A stretch of DNA of 64,000 bases from Chitinophagales bacterium (GTDB lineage Bacteria; Bacteroidota; Bacteroidia; Chitinophagales; Chitinophagaceae): positions 15,934-79,933 of the forward strand of contig JANMIG010000014.1 in NCBI GenBank assembly GCA_031375675.1, given 5' to 3'. Shown here in pieces: positions 57,345 to 64,000 of this stretch. A program made the position numbers and the translations under genes. The notes under the pieces are model-generated. The model was not told the DNA's origin. It saw only the letters and a list, made by a program, of their open reading frames with translations, and made no database searches. Every line of letters starts with the position of its first letter. Position 1 is the first letter of the stretch.

Positions 57345-57668
57345 ATGCAAAATATATTAAACTGGATCTCTTCCAATCAGGAAATCATATACATCGTGAT
57401 ACTGATGATTTTTTTAGGTATTGAAGTAATTGGCCGTGTACCTGCCGTATTGCATACCCCGCTGATGAGCGGAGCCAATGCCATACATGGAGTAGTGATT
57501 ATTGGGGCTATCATTGTAATGGGCAAAGCTAAAACGGATGATTACCTGGCACTTTCGCTGGGATTTATAGCAGTTGTGCTTGGTACGCTGAATGTTGTGG
57601 GTGGCTTTGTGGTTACCGACAGGATGCTGGAAATGTTTAAAAAGAAAAAAGCACCAAAAAGCAGTTAA
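57345..57668 (+). CDS. pntA: NAD(P) transhydrogenase subunit alpha, membrane part
   Basis: VPAVLHTPLMSGANAIHG and NVVGGFVVTDRMLEMF. Confidence 0.95.
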   Translation: MQNILNWISSNQEIIYIVILMIFLGIEVIGRVPAVLHTPLMSGANAIHGVVIIGAIIVMGKAKTDDYLALSLGFIAVVLGTLNVVGGFVVTDRMLEMFKKKKAPKSS

Positions 57669-57768
57669 TGCTGCTATAAAAACTGAACGCAGCCGGGCTG
57701 TGTCTGCCGGCCACTTTGGGCAAAATAATCGTCCACAAAAAATGACCGGTTCAAAAAAATAAAAAACT

Positions 57769-59283
57769 ATGACTTTGAATCTCGATATTCTGACTATTTG
57801 TTACCTGGTTGCTTCAGTAACCTTTATTCTCGGTCTTAAAATGCTGTCGCATCCGGAAAGTGCAAGAAAGGGCAACCTGATTGCCGCCGCTGGCATGACC
57901 ATTGGTATTGCAGGTACCATCTTCCTGTACGAAGACCACCAGGTAAATTACCTCGGCAATAAGCTGCTGATATTCGGTGCGCTGATACTGGGTACCATTA
58001 CAGGCGTTTTTTCTGCCAAAAAAGTAAAGATGACAGCCATGCCCGAAATGGTGAGTCTCTTTAACGGTATGGGCGGTGCCTGCGCCATGCTGATATCCAT
58101 CATTGAATTCAATTACCAGAAATCGCTTTCGTTCGACCTAGGAGTGGGCAATGTTTTTTCAGAACACATTTCAAAAGGTGAGATTGTAGTGATTACACTT
58201 GGCCTCATCATCGGTTCTATTTCTTTTGCAGGCAGCGTGGTAGCATGGGGCAAACTCAATGGCAGGTTCAAAGACAAAGTTTTTCCGGGCCAGCGCATCA
58301 TCAACTTTGCTATACTGGCCATTTTGCTGATAGCAGCCGGAGTATTCATTTACATCACACCTGCATATGCCAAAGACTTTGATGGCACTGTAATGGCTTT
58401 TACGGATGGCACAGCCGGCGATTCAGCCATCACACACATTCATTTATACATTTTTTACGGTATACTGGCGCTTTCCTTACTGTACGGTGTATTTTTTGTA
58501 ATGCCTATCGGCGGTGCAGATATGCCGGTGGTAATATCACTCCTCAACTCATTTACCGGTGTGGCTGCTGCCTGCGGTGGTTTTATGTACAGCAACAAAG
58601 CCATGCTTACCGGTGGTATACTGGTAGGTGCAGCGGGCACACTGCTCACCATACTCATGTGCAAGGCGATGAACCGCAGCCTGCTGAACGTAATTGTAGG
58701 AGCATTTGGTGGTAGTGCCGGTGCAGCTGCTGCCGGCGGCAAGGAGCAGGGGGCCTATAAAGAAATAAGCCTGAGCGACAGTGCCATGATCATGAGCTAT
58801 GCCAATAAAGTAATGATTGTACCGGGTTACGGACTTGCCGTGGCACAGGCCCAGCATATATGCCATGAGCTGGAAAAAATACTGAGCGACAAAGGGGTGG
58901 AAGTAAAATATGCCATACACCCGGTAGCGGGCCGCATGCCAGGGCATATGAATGTGCTGCTGGCAGAAGCGGATGTGAGCTATGAAAAACTGCTGGAAAT
59001 GGAAAATGCCAACGATGAATTTAAAACCTGCGACGTGGTACTGATACTGGGAGCCAACGATGTGGTGAACCCGGCTGCCAAAAACGACCCTGCCTCCCCC
59101 ATTTACGGTATGCCCATACTGGAAGTGGAGCTGGCAAAAAATGTGATTGTAAACAAGCGCAGTATGAAGCCGGGCTATGCCGGTATCGAAAACGACCTGT
59201 TCTTTCAGCCTAAAACAAGCATGCTCTTTGGAGATGCCAAAAAAGTGCTGCAGGATTTGGTTGCGGAGATAAAAAGCAGTTAA
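57769..59283 (+). CDS. pntB: NAD(P) transhydrogenase subunit beta
   Basis: MTAMPEMVSLFNGMGG, GGADMPVVISLLNS, VPGYGLAVAQAQ and HPVAGRMPGHMNVLLAEA. Confidence 0.97.
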   Translation: MTLNLDILTICYLVASVTFILGLKMLSHPESARKGNLIAAAGMTIGIAGTIFLYEDHQVNYLGNKLLIFGALILGTITGVFSAKKVKMTAMPEMVSLFNGMGGACAMLISIIEFNYQKSLSFDLGVGNVFSEHISKGEIVVITLGLIIGSISFAGSVVAWGKLNGRFKDKVFPGQRIINFAILAILLIAAGVFIYITPAYAKDFDGTVMAFTDGTAGDSAITHIHLYIFYGILALSLLYGVFFVMPIGGADMPVVISLLNSFTGVAAACGGFMYSNKAMLTGGILVGAAGTLLTILMCKAMNRSLLNVIVGAFGGSAGAAAAGGKEQGAYKEISLSDSAMIMSYANKVMIVPGYGLAVAQAQHICHELEKILSDKGVEVKYAIHPVAGRMPGHMNVLLAEADVSYEKLLEMENANDEFKTCDVVLILGANDVVNPAAKNDPASPIYGMPILEVELAKNVIVNKRSMKPGYAGIENDLFFQPKTSMLFGDAKKVLQDLVAEIKSS

Positions 59284-59319
59284 GTAACCGACATTATAAA
59301 TCATGCTGAAAGTTGTCCA

Positions 59320-59967
59320 ATGTTAAGGTTGAAGCTATTCATCCTGCTGATTACGGCTATGTTATTGTCATCTCCAGGCATTTGTTTTTGCCAGCAATTT
59401 TTTCTTATCACCTATGGTTATCTTGATACCGACAGCGTAACAGCAAAAGAATTCCGGGCCCAAAAAGAGCTGAAATTGCACAACAATATGCAGCTTGACA
59501 GTGCTGTTGTTTATTTTCACATACCTGGAAAAAAGATGAAAATTGTTGCTTACAGGCCTGTTTTTGATGCTGCTAATTTTAAGAAATGCCTTTTGCAACT
59601 TGTACCGGGCAGTGTAATTGGTTTTGAAAACATTGTGCTCATCGACAGCAATCACCATCGCTTCCGGCCACACAATTTAGTCCGCTATCATATTGTGCAG
59701 GATGACTTTATCAGTACCAGTCCGGCAAAATCAGGTATTGAAATTAGCCGCCTGGGCGGATTTGCTTACACCAGTGGCAAAATCTATTTTAAAATACCAG
59801 GGCAAAGGCCCGAAGTGTTAAGCCTTGACGGTGTTAAAAGCACAGCTTTCCGGAACTTGTTTAACAGCTGCACGCCCGGATCAATACTGGTATTTGAAAA
59901 TGTATATTACAAAAACGAAAAGGACAGGGTAACAGGCCCACTGAATTTTACCTGCAGGCTGCAGTAG
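59320..59967 (+). CDS. Secreted hypothetical protein with two GldM C-terminal-like domains
   Basis: Signal peptide and two related segments, VYFHIPG...LVPGSVIGFENIV and IYFKIPG...CTPGSILVFENVY. Confidence 0.55.
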   Translation: MLRLKLFILLITAMLLSSPGICFCQQFFLITYGYLDTDSVTAKEFRAQKELKLHNNMQLDSAVVYFHIPGKKMKIVAYRPVFDAANFKKCLLQLVPGSVIGFENIVLIDSNHHRFRPHNLVRYHIVQDDFISTSPAKSGIEISRLGGFAYTSGKIYFKIPGQRPEVLSLDGVKSTAFRNLFNSCTPGSILVFENVYYKNEKDRVTGPLNFTCRLQ

Positions 59968-60029
59968 TGCTGCCAGCTGGCCGGGCATTTTGCGTGTTTA
60001 TAACAAAGGAATAAGGTTATGACCTGCAT

Positions 60030-60060
60030 CAAAACCCCCGGCAACAATACCGGGGCTTTG
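60030..60060. terminator. Hairpin between convergent genes (probable terminator)
   Basis: CAAA-A-CCCCCGG/CCGGGG-C-TTTG. Confidence 0.6.
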
Positions 60061-60094
60061 TAGCAATCAATCGTTGTTTAATAAAAAATACTCA

Positions 60095-61699
60095 CTAAAC
60101 GGTTGGTGCGGCTGCCAGGGTTTCGGGCCCGGCGCCACTGGCATATTTATCAAAATTTTTAATGAATTGGCCGGCAAGGTTTTTGGCCATTGCGTCATAA
60201 GCATCTTTGTCGGCCCATGTATTGCGTGGGTTCAGTATTTCCGATGGTACATCCGGGCAGCTTACAGGCATCTGCATACCAAATACGGGATGCACTTCAT
60301 ACTCCACGTTGTCCAGTGCACCTTCCAGTGCGGCTGTAATCATGGCACGGGTATAAGCCAGCTTCATACGGCTGCCGGTACCATAAGCTCCACCACTCCA
60401 CCCGGTATTGATCATCCATACATTGGTTTTATGCTCCCTTATCTTTTTCCCCAGCATCTGGGCGTACTGCCCGGGATGCAGTGGAAGAAAGGGTGCGCCA
60501 AAGCAGGCACTGAAAGTTGATTTCGGCTCTGTAACACCAGCTTCTGTGCCGGCTACTTTGGCCGTATAGCCGCTTACAAACTGGTACATAGCCTGGCCGG
60601 TACTGAGGCGGCTGATGGGTGGCAGTACACCATAAGCATCACAAGTTAAAAAGAAAATATTTTTGGGCGTGTTACCAATGGCAGGTTCCAGGGCATTACT
60701 GATAAAATTCAGCGGGTAACTTACCCGTGTATTTTCTGTAATAGCTTTGCTCGAAAAATCGATGATATTGGTTCCTTCTTTAAAAGTTACATTTTCTACC
60801 AGCGCACCCGGCTTTATGGCATGATAAATCTCCGGTTCTTTTTCTTCGCTCAGGTCAATTGTTTTGGCATAGCAGCCACCTTCAAAGTTAAATACAGTTT
60901 CAGCTGTCCATCCATGTTCATCATCACCAATCAGTTTGCGGTGCGGGTCGGCACTCAATGTGGTTTTACCCGTGCCACTCAGGCCAAAAAATATGGCCGT
61001 ATCTCCGGCTGCTCCCATATTGGCTGAGCAATGCATGCTTAAAACTCCCTTATCATGCGGAAGTATATAATTCAGAATGGTAAAAATTCCTTTTTTCATT
61101 TCACCGGTGTAGCCGGTGCCTCCAATCAGTATGGTACGCCTCGTAAAACTCACCATGGCAAAATTGTGCTGGCGTGTGCCATCCACTGCAGGGTCGGCTT
61201 TAAAACCCGGTGCCTGGATGATATGCCAGTCAGGCTTAAAACCTTCCAGCTCCTCTTCCTGTGGCCTCAAAAACATATTACAGGCAAAAAGGTTGCTCCA
61301 GGGGTTCTCATTTACCACCCTGATATTCAGCCGGTAACCGGGATCAGCGCAGGCATAGCAATCACGTACCCACATTTCCTTGTCACCAAGATAATCCATC
61401 ATTTTTTTGTACAACTGGTCAAAATGCTGAGGCTCTGCCGGGATGTTAAAATCATTCCAGTTCACCGTACCGGCAGTAAGTTCATCTTTTACGATAAACT
61501 TGTCTTTAGGGCTGCGGCCGGTAAACTCCCCGGTTTTTATCACCAAAGCCCCGGTATCATTTAAAACACCCTGGCCCTTAGCTACTGTTTGTGCACTTAG
61601 CTCTTCTGGTGTTAACTGGTAATGTATATTTTCACCCACCCTTAAGCCCATATTCACCAATTCATTTTTGGGTATGGCTAACATTGTTGGAACTGACAT
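60095..61699 (-). CDS. pckA: Phosphoenolpyruvate carboxykinase (ATP)
   Basis: TGRSPKDKF, YTGEMKKGIF, MHCSAN, GLSGTGKTTLS, IGDDEHGW and NFEGGCYAK. Start moved to MSVP. Confidence 0.98.
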   Translation of the reverse strand: MSVPTMLAIPKNELVNMGLRVGENIHYQLTPEELSAQTVAKGQGVLNDTGALVIKTGEFTGRSPKDKFIVKDELTAGTVNWNDFNIPAEPQHFDQLYKKMMDYLGDKEMWVRDCYACADPGYRLNIRVVNENPWSNLFACNMFLRPQEEELEGFKPDWHIIQAPGFKADPAVDGTRQHNFAMVSFTRRTILIGGTGYTGEMKKGIFTILNYILPHDKGVLSMHCSANMGAAGDTAIFFGLSGTGKTTLSADPHRKLIGDDEHGWTAETVFNFEGGCYAKTIDLSEEKEPEIYHAIKPGALVENVTFKEGTNIIDFSSKAITENTRVSYPLNFISNALEPAIGNTPKNIFFLTCDAYGVLPPISRLSTGQAMYQFVSGYTAKVAGTEAGVTEPKSTFSACFGAPFLPLHPGQYAQMLGKKIREHKTNVWMINTGWSGGAYGTGSRMKLAYTRAMITAALEGALDNVEYEVHPVFGMQMPVSCPDVPSEILNPRNTWADKDAYDAMAKNLAGQFIKNFDKYASGAGPETLAAAPTV

Positions 61700-61737
61700 A
61701 AATAGCAATCGTTGAATTAAAAAATCGTAAAGTTTTG

Positions 61738-61745
61738 CAAAGTTA
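61738..61745 (-). promoter_or_regulatory. -7 box upstream of pckA
   Basis: Minus strand reads TAACTTTG, 38 nt before the ATG. Confidence 0.6.
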
Positions 61746-61964
61746 TACCTTGTTCTGTTTAAAAAAATTTGAACAGAAGTCGAAAAATTCAACACAATCC
61801 ACCTTTTCATGCAGTTTGTTCAATATTCCGCAAACGTTCCCGGTTTTATTAAACAGGATTAAACAATGTAGTGAAATGATTAAAGGAAGTGAATTTTTTA
61901 AAAATCTTTTGTGTAGGCTGTACACATTACTGCTGGTTAAAAACCTCCGGCAACAGATAAGCAT

Positions 61965-61996
61965 AAAAAAACAGGGCTTCAAATGAAGCCCCGTTG
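61965..61996 (-). terminator. Intrinsic terminator after rplQ
   Basis: Minus strand reads CAACGGGGCTTC-ATTT-GAAGCCCTGTTTTTTT. Confidence 0.85.
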
Positions 61997-62022
61997 ATAC
62001 TTATTATTGAAAACTCAATTGA

Positions 62023-62562
62023 TTATTCGCCTGCTTTTTCTTCAGTTGCAGGAGCATCGGCAGCCGGTGTTTCAGCAGCAGCAGTTGCTTCAGCAACGTC
62101 AGCAGCTTTCTTTTTACCACCACCAGCACGGCGTGTTTTCTTAACCGGCTCAGCAGCTGCAGTTGTTTCAACACCTTTACCGTATATTTCGTTAAAGTCA
62201 ACCAACTCTATCATTGCCAGTTCAGCATTATCACCCACACGCTTACCCAATTTAATGATGCGTGTATAACCACCCGGGCGGCTGGCTACTTTTGGTGCAA
62301 CCACAGTAAACAGCTCTTTTACCGAAACCTTATCATTCAGGTAGCTGAAAACGATACGGTGATTGTGCATGATAGCCTCTTTGGTATCAGTTTTTTTGGT
62401 TTTGGTAACCAGCGGCTCAATATAGGTTCTCAAAGCCTTTGCCTTGGCAAGGGTGGTTGTGATCCTTTTGTGCATAATCAGCTGGCTGGCAAGGTTGCTC
62501 AGCAAAGCCCTTCTGTGACTTGCTGTTCTGCTTAAATTGTTCTGTTTGTCTCCGTGACGCAT
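62023..62562 (-). CDS. rplQ: 50S ribosomal protein L17 with an Ala/Glu/Lys-rich tail
   Basis: MRHG...[23 protein letters not shown] and [10 protein letters not shown]. Confidence 0.98.
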   Translation of the reverse strand: MRHGDKQNNLSRTASHRRALLSNLASQLIMHKRITTTLAKAKALRTYIEPLVTKTKKTDTKEAIMHNHRIVFSYLNDKVSVKELFTVVAPKVASRPGGYTRIIKLGKRVGDNAELAMIELVDFNEIYGKGVETTAAAEPVKKTRRAGGGKKKAADVAEATAAAETPAADAPATEEKAGE

Positions 62563-62662
62563 GACATTTTGTTTTAGATTCCCTCACACCGTGTCAGGAA
62601 TTGTGAGGTACTTGTTATAAAAAATCGTGTAATTAGTGCTATCCTTTAAAATCCGTGACTAA

Positions 62663-63661
62663 TTAATCTCCATCTTCAATCTTGAGCTTGCTCAGGTCCA
62701 TACCAAAACCAAGCCCTCTTTCGTTCAGCACCTGCTCAATTTCGCTCAGTGATTTCTGGCCGAAATTCCGGAACTTCATCAGGTCTTCCTGCTCGTACTG
62801 TACCAGTTCGCTGAGTGAGTTGATTTTAGCTGCTTTAAGGCAGTTGAAGGCACGTACAGAAAGATCCAGGTCTTCCAGCGGTGTTTTAAGCACTTTGCGT
62901 AACTGCAATGTTTGCTCATCCACCAGGTCTTCCTTCTTCTCTTCCTTATTGTCAAAAGTGATATTCTCGTCTGTGATGATCATCAGGTGCTGTATCAGGA
63001 TACGGCTTGCCTGCTTTACGGCTTCTTCCGGGTGAATAGTACCATCGGTAACCACTTCCATTACCAGTTTCTCGAAATCCGTCCTTTGCTCCACACGGGT
63101 ATTTTCGATATTGTATTTAACATTCTTGATGGGCGTGTAAATAGCATCTACCGGAATGTATCCAAAAGTGGAATTTTTTTCCTTATGCTCATCAGCCGGT
63201 ACGTAACCACGGCCCTTGCCGATTGAAATTTCAATATCCAGTTTTGCGCTGCTGTCCAGTGTGCAAATCAGCAGTTCAGGATTCATTACTTCAAAAGAAA
63301 CTGAAGCCTCACCAATCATGGCTGCGGTAAATTCAGTTTTATTTTTTATAGAAAGTGAAATCTTTTCAGCGGGTACTTCACCTTCAATCTTCTTTTTAAA
63401 TCTTACCTGCTTCAGGTTTAGGATGATTTCGGTTACGTCTTCCGTAATACCTTTTATAGTGGCAAATTCATGATCGGCACCAGCAACACTGATACCTATG
63501 ATGGCATATCCCTCCAGTGAATTCAGCAACACCCTGCGCAGGGCATTGCCAATAGTTACACCATATCCGGGTTCTAAAGGACGGAAATCAAACTGTGCTT
63601 CAAAATCAGTTGCTTTCTGAAGTACAATCTTATCGGGTTTAACAAAATTTAAAATGCCCAT
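62663..63661 (-). CDS. rpoA: RNA polymerase alpha subunit
   Basis: PLEPGYGVTIGNALRRVLL, GRGYVPA and LSVRAFNCLK...NFGQKSL. Confidence 0.98.
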   Translation of the reverse strand: MGILNFVKPDKIVLQKATDFEAQFDFRPLEPGYGVTIGNALRRVLLNSLEGYAIIGISVAGADHEFATIKGITEDVTEIILNLKQVRFKKKIEGEVPAEKISLSIKNKTEFTAAMIGEASVSFEVMNPELLICTLDSSAKLDIEISIGKGRGYVPADEHKEKNSTFGYIPVDAIYTPIKNVKYNIENTRVEQRTDFEKLVMEVVTDGTIHPEEAVKQASRILIQHLMIITDENITFDNKEEKKEDLVDEQTLQLRKVLKTPLEDLDLSVRAFNCLKAAKINSLSELVQYEQEDLMKFRNFGQKSLSEIEQVLNERGLGFGMDLSKLKIEDGD

Positions 63662-63744
63662 TTGTATTTTGTTGTTTTAATTTTTAATATTTAATTACCA
63701 GAAGGCGATGCGATAAGCCGGAGCTTCAGGCACCACCAGCAGCA

Positions 63745-63999
63745 TTACTTGCTGTACAATTCCACAATCAGTTGCTCCTTGATGTTCTCAGGAACACTTT
63801 CCCTTTCGGGGTAAGCGATAAATGTACCCTTTTGCTCTGCTTCGTTCCAGTCAAGCCAGTTGAACTTGGGATTTTTACCACGCAGGTTAGCAGTGATGCT
63901 TGTATTACCTGCACTTTTGGGTTTTAATCCTACAACATCACCAGCTTTCATTGAATAAGAAGGAATATTGAGTACTTCACCATTTACAGTGATGTGCTT
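63745..63999 (-). CDS. rpsD: 30S ribosomal protein S4, 3' part (truncated by the window end)
   Basis: KHITVNGEVLNIPSYS.K.GD ... EQLIVELYSK*. Confidence 0.96.
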   Translation of the reverse strand, partial: KHITVNGEVLNIPSYSMKAGDVVGLKPKSAGNTSITANLRGKNPKFNWLDWNEAEQKGTFIAYPERESVPENIKEQLIVELYSK

Positions 64000-64000
64000 G

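Noticed and set aside
60074-60520. 148-aa plus-strand ORF (and 61055-61564)
   Set aside because: Antisense shadows of pckA with no recognisable motifs.
1-64000. tRNA, rRNA, IS transposase or integrase genes
   Set aside because: No cloverleaf, rRNA signature, or DDE, HUH or tyrosine-recombinase ORF was recognised.

Overview
Bacteroidota chromosome segment, most consistent with a Chitinophagaceae (Ferruginibacter-like) genome, based on TAnnTTTG promoter boxes, Gln-after-signal-peptide secreted proteins, T9SS C-terminal domains and a short NuoG. Housekeeping genes: mdh, rlmN, a thiolase, hisS, a tonB/PstS-like/TPR cluster, a complete nuoA-N operon, thyA-folA, three-gene pntAB, pckA and rpsD(partial)-rpoA-rplQ. 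No tRNA, rRNA, CRISPR array, transposase or integrase was recognised. The most unusual content: (1) an array of five signal-peptide proteins at 41.7-48.7 kb. They share a C-terminal tail-fibre chaperone-like (S74-like) domain plus coiled coil but carry different phage-fibre-like N-terminal modules, and they bracket a T9SS cargo gene with no phage context. (2) Seven accessory genes inserted co-directionally inside the nuo operon. These include a hicBA pair and an AT-rich ABC-ATPase plus TOPRIM-like pair, a candidate anti-phage system whose second gene overlaps the nuoG start. (3) Several non-coding repeat classes: a 43-bp minisatellite, two REPIN-like 88-bp elements, a 41-bp REP-like triplet and 7/8-mer tracts. 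All family assignments come from motif recognition only; no searches were run.
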